From sequence record MW812341.1: 64,000 nt of DNA; one strand, 5' to 3'. Position 1 is the stretch's first letter. Each line of letters begins with the position of its first letter. Position numbers and translations under genes: made by a program. The notes under the pieces are model-generated. The model was not told the DNA's origin. It worked only from the letters and a program-made list of their open reading frames with translations, and made no database searches. Below are positions 10,276 to 20,046 of this stretch, piece by piece.

Positions 10276-10301
10276 AACGACTCCTAACGCCCGTGCGTTG
10301 C

Positions 10302-10323
10302 AATAAAGGCCCCGAAGGGCCTT
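10302..10323 (-). terminator. Intrinsic terminator
   Basis: Minus strand AAGGCCC-TTCG-GGGCCTT followed by TATT. Confidence 0.7.
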
Positions 10324-10326
10324 CCA

Positions 10327-11154
10327 TTAGCTGTTGTAGTGGTAATACGCCACACCTTTCACCCCAGCCTCATCGATGCCCGTTTGGATAACAACGCGGT
10401 CGTAATCCTTATTGGCGCTCGCTGCGGTCGTGGTTGCGACATCCTGAACAGTGTTGCTGTTCAGTGGCGCGGAGTAAGGCGGTATGCCCAGGCTATCCAG
10501 CAGGCTACGCAGACCTTCCCATTGCGGTAAACCAGCAGCAGTAACCTGCAACAGGTTTTTGTACGCAGTGAAGTCGATACCGTACGTCAACATGTCGATA
10601 CACTTCTGATTCAGCGCCGGGTCAACGTTGTGCGTCAATGCCGGTACTGCATCTTTCGTGATGGACGTGTCGAGCACTGGCAAGCCGCGACTATAACGAA
10701 CGTTCATCGACCCGCGATAAGCAGGAGACCCTGCCAATGCGCTGATGGTAGTGGTGTTGGTATAGTTCGGGCTACCCACGCCAGATAGGCCGTAGTTCTG
10801 CAAGTCCCAAGTGCCGAAGTTAATCCCGTACGTATCAAAGATTACCGGCAGCGCCGCATGGACGGTGGCCGCATCAAAGGTCACGAACTGTGCTTGTGCG
10901 CTCGTCCCATTCGGGAACAGCGTGGTGATACTTACACGGTCGTAGAACAACGTAATCTGGTCACGGAAACCAGTTCCTTGCACACCACGTAAGCGTACAG
11001 AGGTATTACGGTTGTTACTGGCCGCATTCACGGCCACGTTGGTAATCTTTTCGATGATACAGTTGTCCGCAGTAACCGGCACCGGAAGGTTTGGGTTATC
11101 GCGGTTAATCAGATCAAAGACCAAAATATTCGAGGGTTTTCCGTAAATAAGCAT
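10327..11154 (-). CDS. Virion (tail/baseplate) paralog family D
   Basis: LINRDNP..YDRVSI..LF N-domain shared with C genes; ends YYHYN. Confidence 0.7.
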   Translation of the reverse strand: MLIYGKPSNILVFDLINRDNPNLPVPVTADNCIIEKITNVAVNAASNNRNTSVRLRGVQGTGFRDQITLFYDRVSITTLFPNGTSAQAQFVTFDAATVHAALPVIFDTYGINFGTWDLQNYGLSGVGSPNYTNTTTISALAGSPAYRGSMNVRYSRGLPVLDTSITKDAVPALTHNVDPALNQKCIDMLTYGIDFTAYKNLLQVTAAGLPQWEGLRSLLDSLGIPPYSAPLNSNTVQDVATTTAASANKDYDRVVIQTGIDEAGVKGVAYYHYNS

Positions 11155-11156
11155 CT

Positions 11157-12044
11157 TTACACCTCGTTCGGATCGTCAAGGTCGTTGAACTGGAGGTACA
11201 TGGTACCTTTGAACGACGTGTTGGTGGCTGGGAGTTTCAACACGAGTGCGTATTTGTACTTCGCGTTGGTCGGCATAGTGACCGGGTTGTTCAGTCCCAC
11301 GCTAACCACTTCTGCACCCGCCAGACCCCAAGCGGAGCTGGTTGTTGCTACCCACGAACCGCCCGTGATGTCTTTCAGGATATTGGTCATATCCGTCAGA
11401 GGCTGACCGGTCAACACACCTGGAGTAAACGCCAGCAGCTGGTCGTGGTACTTGGTGAAGTTGAACGGATAGCTGTAGACCTCGGCGATTGTACCGGAGA
11501 CAGTTTCGGAGCCCATCTGCCCATTCGGGTATTTCAGACCCGTCAAGGTGTTGGTGGTAACGGTGGACACCAGAGATTCATCGCCTTTCACAACTTTGAA
11601 GTTATACTGATCAATCCAACCAATTGAGTTGGTCTTCGCTTTCACCACAACGGTACCGGCAGTCTTGTCGGTGTTCCAGAGGATGTCCGCTTCTTCCAGG
11701 TCATCAGTTGTGAACACGAAGCCGTAGCGTTGGTTCAAACCAACAAGCGCCTGAGAGAGTTTGGCATTCGACGGCCCGATAGCCAACGTGTCACCAATCA
11801 GCACCACAATGTCCTGCACTCGCAGACGGTTGTAATAGATGTTCTTCTTACCTGACCAGGTAGAACCTACTACCCCATCAGCCGTGATTTTAATCTGAGT
11901 GTTCTTCTCAGTCGTGTTACCTTTGTCAGTACCACGAATGTCTTTCGGCGCGCTCCAGACGAAGTCGGTTGCTTTGATGCTCAGCGAGTTCGCAACGTTA
12001 ATCGCGTTCAGCAGCACGTCTTTAGCAGGAATATAGATTGCCAT
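11157..12044 (-). CDS. Virion (tail/baseplate) paralog family D
   Basis: LLNAIN..YNRL; LTGLKYP linker; ends LQFND. Confidence 0.7.
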   Translation of the reverse strand: MAIYIPAKDVLLNAINVANSLSIKATDFVWSAPKDIRGTDKGNTTEKNTQIKITADGVVGSTWSGKKNIYYNRLRVQDIVVLIGDTLAIGPSNAKLSQALVGLNQRYGFVFTTDDLEEADILWNTDKTAGTVVVKAKTNSIGWIDQYNFKVVKGDESLVSTVTTNTLTGLKYPNGQMGSETVSGTIAEVYSYPFNFTKYHDQLLAFTPGVLTGQPLTDMTNILKDITGGSWVATTSSAWGLAGAEVVSVGLNNPVTMPTNAKYKYALVLKLPATNTSFKGTMYLQFNDLDDPNEV

Positions 12045-12055
12045 TCGCTTTTATC

Positions 12056-12904
12056 CTAGTTGTTGTAGTGCAGCAGCAAATCGCCACCAACTTGAGAATC
12101 TTTGATGTTGTAGATCAACAGTGCGTTGTCGTACATCGTGTTCATGCGAACGTCACCTGGTGAGGTACCAGTCTTCAAACGCATAACAGAAGACCCCGTT
12201 GGGTCAAACGTCGGAATGCCGTATGCCGTCAACGTATCCATCAGGTTCTCAGTGAGCCCCTGGTCGAAGTTGTAACCCACATCTAAACGGCCGTTCTTAA
12301 ACGACGCCATCAGTTGTGGTTCGTTGGTGAAGTCACTACCGTAAGCCAACATCGTGAGACATTTCTTCGGTACATCACCACCGGTGGCAGGATGTGTCAG
12401 CTCCGCCAGAAGGTCATTCACGACCTGGTCTTCGAAGCTGTTCTTGCCACGGACAGACAGGAACGTCACCGACCCTGTGTACTGAATACAGCTGCCGAGT
12501 ACGCTCACCGTATTCTTAATGTTCAGGTAGACGTACACATCCGGAATGTCTTCTGGCACCAGGTTCAAGCCATAACGTCCATTCAGGTTCTGTACAAATG
12601 CCGCCTTCTTCGACGTGACATTTAACCAACCGTACGCGTTAGGTGACGTCACTTGCGGCGTCATGTTCTTGAACAAGTCGTTCAGCGACAAGCGTTTATA
12701 GCGGAACGTCTGTACGCCCACATACCCACGTCCTTGACGACCGCGCACGGTAATCTCAGTGTTGGCACCGCTTGGTGTCGTTGCAATAGCCTTGGGCACA
12801 CCAATGTTGGCATTGTCCAAATCCATAGGCATAATCGCCCCTGGGTTCTCGGCATTAATCGCATCGTACAGGAATTGTCGCTGAGACAGACTATATAAAG
12901 CCAT
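12056..12904 (-). CDS. Virion (tail/baseplate) paralog family D
   Basis: LYDAINAENP..YKRLSL..LF; ends LLLHYNN. Confidence 0.7.
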   Translation of the reverse strand: MALYSLSQRQFLYDAINAENPGAIMPMDLDNANIGVPKAIATTPSGANTEITVRGRQGRGYVGVQTFRYKRLSLNDLFKNMTPQVTSPNAYGWLNVTSKKAAFVQNLNGRYGLNLVPEDIPDVYVYLNIKNTVSVLGSCIQYTGSVTFLSVRGKNSFEDQVVNDLLAELTHPATGGDVPKKCLTMLAYGSDFTNEPQLMASFKNGRLDVGYNFDQGLTENLMDTLTAYGIPTFDPTGSSVMRLKTGTSPGDVRMNTMYDNALLIYNIKDSQVGGDLLLHYNN

Positions 12905-12921
12905 AGTAGCCTCCTCGGCCT

Positions 12922-12966
12922 AAAAAAAGAAAGGAGTACACCAAGAGGAGGAATCCCTCCTCCTGG
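12922..12966 (-). terminator. Intrinsic terminator
   Basis: Stem CCAGGAGGAGG/CCTCCTCTTGG then T-rich tract on minus strand. Confidence 0.7.
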
Positions 12967-12976
12967 CGCGGCCTAA

Positions 12977-13888
12977 TTAGGCATTGAAGTGCAGGTACAG
13001 AATACCCTGGAAGTTAGAGCACAGGGTGTCAGACAGTTGCAGTTTCAGAACCTGAGTGTACGCAGGGTTTGCGCCTTCAACAGGTTTCTTCGGCTCTTCG
13101 CCAGTTGCAGTGCCGTCATCCGCAGTTGGGCCAACGTACAGAACGTTTGCACCGTGCAGGTTGTAGTCTGCCGCAGCAACGTTATCAACCCACAGTTCCG
13201 GAACCACTTTGTTCAGTTCAACCGGGAATGCGGAGTCTTCTGCGATAACACCTTCAGCCTGAACTTTCAGGAAGGCGGCGATTGGGGTGCAGTCTACGCC
13301 GTAAGAGTAGATGTAACCCTGACCTTTCGCATCGCTTGGGCCGTCTGGGTACACCAGACCGTCCAGTTTGGTTTGAGTAACAACCAGGCTCAGACGTTCA
13401 CCAACCTGTGGCTTAGGCCCGATTTTAACTGGGATGGCACCGAGGTAGGCATAGCAGGCAGTGTCAAAGGTAATGACGTGGTCAACTGGAACCGGGTCTG
13501 GAGCGTCTGGGTCAACAACCGGCGGGTTGGTACCGTCTGGAATAGTAGCAGAGACGATGTCGTCTGCGGTCAGTTTCAGACCATACTGCGAGTTCAGCGT
13601 ATCCAGCAAGTCTTCGGTTTTCTTCGGAGACTTAACGTCCAGATACGCGGTCACGTTACGGAACAGGTTCGTACCATCGAGACGGTCGTAAGTTACAGTC
13701 TGGTCACCAATGTAACCGGAGTTCTTACGTGCGGTCAGCACCATAGAGGTGTTGCGGTCAGGACTGTCGCCAGTGGCTGGCGTTGGGTCGCCCAGTTTGA
13801 TTTTGCCCAGCTCGAGATCAGCATCCGGGTTCTTTTCGTTGATGAAATCAAGAACCAGCAGATCAGACGTTTTGTTTAAAGGTTTCAT
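12977..13888 (-). CDS. Virion (tail/baseplate) paralog family D with Pro/Asp-rich insert
   Basis: LDFINEKNP..YDRLDG..LF; LDGLVYP; ends LYLHFNA; insert PPVVDPDAPDPVP. Confidence 0.7.
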   Translation of the reverse strand: MKPLNKTSDLLVLDFINEKNPDADLELGKIKLGDPTPATGDSPDRNTSMVLTARKNSGYIGDQTVTYDRLDGTNLFRNVTAYLDVKSPKKTEDLLDTLNSQYGLKLTADDIVSATIPDGTNPPVVDPDAPDPVPVDHVITFDTACYAYLGAIPVKIGPKPQVGERLSLVVTQTKLDGLVYPDGPSDAKGQGYIYSYGVDCTPIAAFLKVQAEGVIAEDSAFPVELNKVVPELWVDNVAAADYNLHGANVLYVGPTADDGTATGEEPKKPVEGANPAYTQVLKLQLSDTLCSNFQGILYLHFNA

Positions 13889-13909
13889 TCTAACTTCCTT
13901 TACTCAGGA

Positions 13910-14755
13910 TTAATCAGGGTCGTTGTAGTGAAGGTACAAACGCCCGCCAAGGTTTAGACTATACAGCGACAACTCAACAATCACGACATTATCAACGGAT
14001 GGGTTCGTCGGGAATTCCGCTTTGTTCACCCCGTTATAGACCACCACTGCCTCTTTGAGGTTGTAGTCTATTGGGTTACGGTAAACCGACCAACCGTCGC
14101 CCGTGACCGTTTTCAGAATCTGTGCCAGACGGTCTGTAGTAATACCCAGTCCGTATGCTTTAAACTCTGTCGCGTAGTTGTCAAAACGCCATGGATACGA
14201 ATACACCGCACCCTGACCGACTTTGGTGTTGAAATAAGGATAACTGTACGGCATCACCGTTACAGGTTCAAAGTTGACCGGTAACAATGCGTCCCCAGGG
14301 AGAAGCTGTACCTGCTGCTGACCAATCCACCCTAAGGAGGTTGGCTCGGCAATCAAATCCAGCATCCATGTCTTGCGGTCAATGAGCGTGTTCTCCACGT
14401 CACTTGCCCGAAGCTTGAGGCCGTAATACTGGTTAATCAAACCCACGATATCGTGCGCAGCAAAGACAGCGTCCAAGCGGGCAGGTACACGCAGTGGTTG
14501 CACACCATCGATATCGGTGAACATCTCCGCGAAGTCTACACGGTCGTAATAAACCGTGGTGGCTCCGATTGCGTTTGCCGTGGCCAGCGCTTGAATACGC
14601 ACCATGCTGTTGCAGCCCTGGGCTTTGTCAATATCGCCGGGTTCTGTCGGGATACCCGGCGTACCGAACACCACATCCTCAACTTTGAGGTCGAGGTGGT
14701 TCTCGGTGTTCAGCTCTTTCAGAATAACTTCTTCTGCGGTGGCTAAGAGTGGCAT
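13910..14755 (-). CDS. Virion (tail/baseplate) paralog family D
   Basis: LKELNTEN..YDRVDF; GQGAVYSY; ends LYLHYND. Confidence 0.7.
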   Translation of the reverse strand: MPLLATAEEVILKELNTENHLDLKVEDVVFGTPGIPTEPGDIDKAQGCNSMVRIQALATANAIGATTVYYDRVDFAEMFTDIDGVQPLRVPARLDAVFAAHDIVGLINQYYGLKLRASDVENTLIDRKTWMLDLIAEPTSLGWIGQQQVQLLPGDALLPVNFEPVTVMPYSYPYFNTKVGQGAVYSYPWRFDNYATEFKAYGLGITTDRLAQILKTVTGDGWSVYRNPIDYNLKEAVVVYNGVNKAEFPTNPSVDNVVIVELSLYSLNLGGRLYLHYNDPD

Positions 14756-14763
14756 GTGAATCC

Positions 14764-15606
14764 CTATATCGGTTGATAGTGAAGGATGAGGTTACCAACA
14801 TAGTTGCTGTTCGCCGCTAGTTTGATAGCCGCCACACGATTGTACGTACTGTCATACTGGTCACCCGGTGTAACAGACGCCACGCCCATAAAGCGTGCAC
14901 CCTGCAAAGCAATTTGGCCTGGTTGTGCAGCATCACCCGTCACGAACGCAAGTTTCAATGGGACTACCTGATTAAGTAATTCCACATCCGCTGCGGTAAT
15001 GGCGCGGTTATACGACCAGTCCGTATTGAACTGTTGGGACATCTCTGTCCAGTCGTAACCGTAGGCCACGTAATCGGCCTGTGGTTTTGCACCCAGCGTG
15101 AACGGTGGAGCAATCGCTGCTAATGCCACATCCGTGACAACGTCAGCTAAGTTCGGGAAGAACTTCGCGTAACGCATTTTGAATGTGCCCTTCCACGCTA
15201 AACAGCCTGGCTTGATGACCACATCCGCAATCCAGCTTTCACCCATAGACGCCACTGAGAAGTCTTCCACGTCGTCAGCAACTAACGACAGGCCATACTT
15301 CTTGTTCAGGAACGGTAAGAGTTCCGAGAGCTTGTTCACGGGGTTCGTAATCACCACAGGAATTACGTTACGGAACAACACCGGCATCAGAATACGGTCG
15401 TACTCAATGGTGACGTTGCCTTTATAACCCATCCCGTTCAGCCCGTACAACAGTACGCGGGTATTACGGTCAGCACCAGGGGTCGTTACCACCTCAGGAT
15501 AACCTGAGGCGATTTGGTTCCACGTTAATGGATTCGCCAACAAGTTATTCTGCTTGTTGATAGCATCCAACAACATTTCGCGTGAGGGTTTATTGTAGAT
15601 AGACAC
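14764..15606 (-). CDS. Virion (tail/baseplate) paralog family D
   Basis: LLDAINKQN..YDRILM..LF; ends LILHYQ. Confidence 0.7.
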   Translation of the reverse strand: MSIYNKPSREMLLDAINKQNNLLANPLTWNQIASGYPEVVTTPGADRNTRVLLYGLNGMGYKGNVTIEYDRILMPVLFRNVIPVVITNPVNKLSELLPFLNKKYGLSLVADDVEDFSVASMGESWIADVVIKPGCLAWKGTFKMRYAKFFPNLADVVTDVALAAIAPPFTLGAKPQADYVAYGYDWTEMSQQFNTDWSYNRAITAADVELLNQVVPLKLAFVTGDAAQPGQIALQGARFMGVASVTPGDQYDSTYNRVAAIKLAANSNYVGNLILHYQPI

Positions 15607-15615
15607 TCAGCCCTC

Positions 15616-16410
15616 CTAGTTGTTAAAGTGGAGCAGCAAGGTACCCTGGAAGTTGCTGCACAACACGCTCAGGTTTAAGCCGAGCACATTGGCGAATTCA
15701 GGATTAGTCCCTGGGATGGTTGACGGCGAACCGTAGAACGCAAAGGACGCCTGCTGTAAGTTGTACGGTGCTACGTTGAGTTCATTGACCCACAGCTCTG
15801 GCACCACGGTAGACAAGTCCTTCGCAAAGGCTGTCATGTCTGCGGTACCGGCGCGGAGCTGAGGAATCCAGCTCGCCAGTCGAGTAGCATCCAAATCGTA
15901 CGAGTACGTGGACGCCTGACCAACGGCTGTAATTTGGTGGTCGGGATACTTCAGACCATCTAATTCGGTCAACGGGATAATAGACGCTAATTGCACCGCT
16001 TGAATTATTTGTAATGTGACGTTCCCGCGCCATTCGTGTGAAGTCGGTACGGCTACAACCGTATGCGAATCACCCGAGACCGGGGCGTCTTCCAGGTCTT
16101 CCGGAAGCAGGTTCAGATTGAAACGATCGTTGAGCGCGGGAATATAATCGTGGGTCGAAACCACACCGATTGCATCAAACGACAGATCGTCTTTGACATA
16201 GTCAGGCAAATCGCGACGGTGGTATGTCACGTCAATTTGCGATCCTTCGTCGCCCTTGATTTTCGAGGTAAGTGTTACCTTTGAATCACGACCGTCGACT
16301 GAAACCACCTCCGGCAGAGAGATATCAACATCGTCAAACGTCAGCACCGGAGTGATGGCGTTCTCTTTGTTGATGAGTTTTAGCAGATTCTGTTTAGATT
16401 GAAAAGACAT
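15616..16410 (-). CDS. Virion (tail/baseplate) paralog family D (start MSFQSK preferred; ORF open to 16479)
   Basis: LLKLINKEN..YHRRDL; LDGLKYP; ends LLLHFNN; paralog lengths favour the 16410 start. Confidence 0.7.
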   Translation of the reverse strand: MSFQSKQNLLKLINKENAITPVLTFDDVDISLPEVVSVDGRDSKVTLTSKIKGDEGSQIDVTYHRRDLPDYVKDDLSFDAIGVVSTHDYIPALNDRFNLNLLPEDLEDAPVSGDSHTVVAVPTSHEWRGNVTLQIIQAVQLASIIPLTELDGLKYPDHQITAVGQASTYSYDLDATRLASWIPQLRAGTADMTAFAKDLSTVVPELWVNELNVAPYNLQQASFAFYGSPSTIPGTNPEFANVLGLNLSVLCSNFQGTLLLHFNN

Positions 16411-16476
16411 CGCGTTAACTCGGTTATTAGGTTTCCTAAGGCCAACACTACCTTGGTAGCGATAACCCCCTGCCAG

Positions 16477-16497
16477 CATATTAAAGGACGAGGACGT
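16477..16497 (-). promoter_or_regulatory. Partial ACG-N14-TATG motif upstream of tail block
   Basis: Minus strand AACG-14 nt-TATG; lacks the T-run of the other copies. Confidence 0.35.
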
Positions 16498-16540
16498 TCA
16501 GCTATAACTCGCGTCAAACAGACAAAAAAAGAAAGAAGAC

Positions 16541-16584
16541 AAAAAAAAATAAAGGCGTAGCGTACAGGGATTTCCTGTACGCTA
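16541..16584 (-). terminator. Intrinsic terminator
   Basis: 11-bp stem TAGCGTACAGG/CCTGTACGCTA, long T tract on minus strand. Confidence 0.85.
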
Positions 16585-16618
16585 ACATCGTAAGTTGTAC
16601 CTACGCATAACCATGTCC

Positions 16619-16846
16619 TTAGCAGACCCACACCAGTCCGCTAGTTTTTGGTTTGTCCTTTTTTCCGTAAACTACCTCGAGGCTGTCAACCATCTTGTTG
16701 CCTTCTTTGATGGTCTTCATCACTGCTTCACGCTCAGTGTGGGAGAGCTTCAGCAGGATGTCGAGCATGTCTTCGTTTTTCTTAGCTACAGTTTTAGTTG
16801 CTGGAGCTACTGGTACTGCGTTAGTTTTAGTGAATAAGTTGCGCAT
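16619..16846 (-). CDS. Hypothetical protein (75 aa)
   Basis: ORF with AAGGA RBS, followed by terminator. Confidence 0.75.
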   Translation of the reverse strand: MRNLFTKTNAVPVAPATKTVAKKNEDMLDILLKLSHTEREAVMKTIKEGNKMVDSLEVVYGKKDKPKTSGLVWVC

Positions 16847-16878
16847 GGTGAATTCCTTATTAAGTTTATTAAAGTTGA

Positions 16879-16902
16879 CTCCCTACCCGTTTGGGTAGGG
16901 AG
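16879..16902 (-). other. Intergenic hairpin (weak terminator or RNA stabiliser)
   Basis: CTCCCTACCC-GTTT-GGGTAGGGAG, 10-bp stem with poor U-tract. Confidence 0.55.
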
Positions 16903-16911
16903 GTATAACAA

Positions 16912-17334
16912 TTAGTAAAGCTCAGCGATAGCTTTATTGATGAATGCATCTTCCAGTGCACGAGTAGACTCAGTCAGCGCATTCCACGCTTGGTAAGTTT
17001 CCACGTTGCTTTTGATGCGGGCGTACATTTCTTTAATCATGCCTGGGATAGTGCTGGCACGGAACTGCTCACTCAGCTCAGTTGCCAGAGCTTTCATGAT
17101 GATTTGGTGATTGACCTGGTCGTTGTAAGCTTCGTCGGTGTCGAAGTCTTTACGTACCAGATTAACTTCTTCCTGCGCTTTACGCATGAAGTTTTCAGAT
17201 TCGCGTTCAATCATGCAACGGTCAATGTTGTTAACCTTGCCGGTAGAAGTATACAGTCCAACAATCATCATCAGAGATGCTGGGTTAGCTTTAGCGGCAG
17301 CGCGGATTGAATCGTTCAGAGTGATAGTAGTCAT
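16912..17334 (-). CDS. Hypothetical helical early protein (140 aa)
   Basis: AAGGA RBS; directly downstream of early-promoter motif. Confidence 0.85.
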   Translation of the reverse strand: MTTITLNDSIRAAAKANPASLMMIVGLYTSTGKVNNIDRCMIERESENFMRKAQEEVNLVRKDFDTDEAYNDQVNHQIIMKALATELSEQFRASTIPGMIKEMYARIKSNVETYQAWNALTESTRALEDAFINKAIAELY

Positions 17335-17394
17335 GATAGTATTCCTTGATAGTCAATTAAAATAAGGTTAGGAGAAAAGATTAATACTCTAATC

Positions 17395-17424
17395 TCACCT
17401 AGGTAATATATATCTGAAATATTT
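17395..17424 (-). promoter_or_regulatory. Putative early (virion RNAP) promoter
   Basis: Minus strand AAATATTTCAGATATATATTACCTAGGTGA; contains TATTAC like phiKZ early promoters; six similar copies elsewhere. Confidence 0.7.
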
Positions 17425-17441
17425 TATAATCGAATCTGGAC

Positions 17442-17478
17442 AAAAAAAGAAGAATACCCACTCCCGAAGGAGTGGGTA
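17442..17478 (-). terminator. Intrinsic terminator
   Basis: TACCCACTCC-TTCG-GGAGTGGGTA then T tract. Confidence 0.85.
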
Positions 17479-17485
17479 CTGCTAC

Positions 17486-18442
17486 TTAGCCCATGTGTTC
17501 GATTTCACGGAAGAGACACTGCCTTGCAACCTTCTGCAACTTAGCATCGTCTTCTGGTGTGATTACTGCACCGGGAACGCTCAGGCGCGCCAGGAAGTCT
17601 TTATCTTCCTGCTCACCAAACCCTTCAATCAGTGTAGTGATTTGGTCAGTAGTCAGTCGAGACTGTTTTAGATGAACGCCTTTGATTTCCAACTCAGCGG
17701 CAAGCAGCTTTCCTTCTTTTGCTTCCGGGATGGTCATCAAAGCCTTACTGGCAAACGGGCTTTCTTTCTGGCGTGAAAGTTCCGTACGGCATTCAGATGT
17801 CAGAACACTGTGACCGCTTCGTGGTTCCGACAGAAGACGTTCGTTTAGTTCACTGGTTGGATTAACGGTTTCAGGTGGACGGCCTGTCAATGTGAGATGT
17901 GAATTCGATTCACGCATGTGTTGCATCATTGTCGTATTTTTCTCCGGCGTAGCGAAGTAATGCTTCTGGTCTTTGTTAGGGATATGGTCGTGGTAGTTGT
18001 ACTCAGGCCCGGTACCGACGCCACCGCCACCACAAATCTTCATGATGTTCAGAAACGCGTCAGAGTTCATTGCACCTGCATTAGACCAACGTAACCGTGG
18101 TGGGATACTTCCACCGGCTTCAGTGGGTTCGGTGCGAGTAAAATTCATTTCACTGATCGGTTTCGGACGATACATACCAGGTTTTGGTGCAAACGCTTTT
18201 TCCATGTGACGTTTGTAAGTGGTACCGAGTTTACGCGCCACCATGCCTAACTGCTGTAACATACGACGGGGTTTCACTTTATGCATGCTCTGCATGGCAA
18301 TGCTCATGCTGGTCGTAGTGTACAGCTGGAACTGGTTAGCAGCCCATGGGCCATTAACCGTATGCAGTTTCTTACCCACGGCGATTTTCAAACGCGGGGA
18401 CATGATTAATAACGCTTTACGGGATTTACGCGGTTTTAACAT
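17486..18442 (-). CDS. Hypothetical protein (start MLKPRKS)
   Basis: AAGGAG RBS before 18442; ORF track start 18478 has no RBS. Confidence 0.75.
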   Translation of the reverse strand: MLKPRKSRKALLIMSPRLKIAVGKKLHTVNGPWAANQFQLYTTTSMSIAMQSMHKVKPRRMLQQLGMVARKLGTTYKRHMEKAFAPKPGMYRPKPISEMNFTRTEPTEAGGSIPPRLRWSNAGAMNSDAFLNIMKICGGGGVGTGPEYNYHDHIPNKDQKHYFATPEKNTTMMQHMRESNSHLTLTGRPPETVNPTSELNERLLSEPRSGHSVLTSECRTELSRQKESPFASKALMTIPEAKEGKLLAAELEIKGVHLKQSRLTTDQITTLIEGFGEQEDKDFLARLSVPGAVITPEDDAKLQKVARQCLFREIEHMG

Positions 18443-18653
18443 TTTCTGATTCTCCTTTAATGGGGTTGCCTTGCTCATCCATCAGGATGATGTAACCAAT
18501 GCCTGTTGGCCAGAACGCCACAGGTGGCGCACAACGAACTTTCCACTTACCCCGCCAGCTTTTCCCACGATAAAGGTAATAGCCGAAGTACGGGGTGTTG
18601 GCGACGAGACGTTTAACCTTTGTTACTTTATTCTGCTTGCGGGGTTTAAGCAT
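18426..18653 (-). CDS. Small basic hypothetical protein (MLKPRKQ)
   Basis: Fills the gap between coupled neighbours. Confidence 0.65.
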   Translation of the reverse strand: MLKPRKQNKVTKVKRLVANTPYFGYYLYRGKSWRGKWKVRCAPPVAFWPTGIGYIILMDEQGNPIKGESENVKTA

Positions 18654-19599
18654 CGTCTTTCCCCTGCGGTGTGGTGAAGTATACGGAACCGTACGGCGTT
18701 TCAGTTGGCTTATCCAGTTCGACGTCTTTCAATGCGTCTGGAATAAGACTTGAGCCCAACGAATCAATAATGAAACGCTCGCCCCCAACATCACCTATGC
18801 GTTCCTTGATAATCTTAAAGATACCCTCACCCACCGGTGCTTCCATATTGAGTATCAACTCACTCGGATTCGGAACATCGTGTTGCATCTGCGGGAAGTG
18901 TGGGAAGAATGTGGTGTTGCCCGCCATCGCACGAATACGGCTAAGCATCTCCGGAGTGATATCGTCGAACATACCCCGAAGACCGCCAGGATTGAGTAGA
19001 CCTAAATAATCCTGAATTTTAACCTTGCAGATTTTCTGACCGTAGGTAATCAACCAATCGACAATGTTGTCAGCTGTTGGGGTGATCAACTTCTCTACGC
19101 TTGCCACCCAAACACCATGGGCCTGCGCCACAATCATTTCAATTGTCTGGGACGGAGGCGGGAAACCGGTCATGGTATCAACCAGTACGAATTCCCCCTG
19201 GGTCGGTAACCAGGCTTCCAAAAAGTGGAAGGGATGTTGAATCGCCGGATTATCAATATCGATAGAACTGCCACGACCGAGTTCGTCATTTACCGCTCTA
19301 ATCACATCATCGCGTAGCTTCGGCTCGACGTGCTGGACATCCAGTTCAGCTAATGCGCGGACGATTGCGTGTCGGTTCGAACTGCGGTGCAATTCTGTCA
19401 TATCGAGATCAAACGTTGGCGAGTACAAACTCAACGAAGGACGCGATGCCGGGATTCTGTCCATGGTCGATACCTTACCCCCGTCGAGGTGAGCATTAGC
19501 ACCAACCTCCCAATATTTCAAACGCGGGTATTTAGGTTTCTGTTGTTTGGCGTGGTGTGCGCGTTTAGCTGCGCGGAGCTTACGTTGTTTTACTGACAT
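18646..19599 (-). CDS. Hypothetical protein, basic N-terminus
   Basis: 317-aa ORF, AAGGAG RBS. Confidence 0.8.
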   Translation of the reverse strand: MSVKQRKLRAAKRAHHAKQQKPKYPRLKYWEVGANAHLDGGKVSTMDRIPASRPSLSLYSPTFDLDMTELHRSSNRHAIVRALAELDVQHVEPKLRDDVIRAVNDELGRGSSIDIDNPAIQHPFHFLEAWLPTQGEFVLVDTMTGFPPPSQTIEMIVAQAHGVWVASVEKLITPTADNIVDWLITYGQKICKVKIQDYLGLLNPGGLRGMFDDITPEMLSRIRAMAGNTTFFPHFPQMQHDVPNPSELILNMEAPVGEGIFKIIKERIGDVGGERFIIDSLGSSLIPDALKDVELDKPTETPYGSVYFTTPQGKDDA

Positions 19600-19623
19600 G
19601 TGATTCTCCTTAATGGTTTACTA

Positions 19624-20046
19624 TTAACGACCCGAATGTTCTTTCCACCAGTCGTTATCCGGTGCAGCTGATTTCAATGCAGTGACTTCTGTTCCGCTGG
19701 GGAACACGACCCGATTCAATTCTGGGAACTCGAAAACTGGGTCTTGTATCATGTTGAGACTTTGCCCTTCGAGCTGAAAGCGGTGCATCAGTTCTAAGTT
19801 GGCCTGTCGGAAGCTAACGTTATCATTTTCACTGAACGTCTCGGCGGTTTCGTTAATCAATGTCGCCCAGTCACGCCCGCCCTGCATCCCCACGTTCAAA
19901 TGAGCCAGCGTATTGAAAAAGCGATTATCCTTCTGGTTGTTCTCCACCCAGATGTCAAACGCTTCTTTCTTTTTTGCCGCAAGTTCTTTTTCCAGATACT
20001 TGATACGCCGTAATTCGTTTCGTTTTAACCAACGCAGTAAACCCAT
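19624..20046 (-). CDS. Hypothetical protein (start MGLLRW)
   Basis: TGATG coupling with upstream stop at 20046. Confidence 0.75.
   Translation of the reverse strand: MGLLRWLKRNELRRIKYLEKELAAKKKEAFDIWVENNQKDNRFFNTLAHLNVGMQGGRDWATLINETAETFSENDNVSFRQANLELMHRFQLEGQSLNMIQDPVFEFPELNRVVFPSGTEVTALKSAAPDNDWWKEHSGR

Noticed and set aside
12989-13879. 296-aa + strand ORF
   Set aside because: Exact antisense shadow of 12977..13888, which belongs to a clear paralog family; typical product of biased codon usage, with no RBS or motifs.
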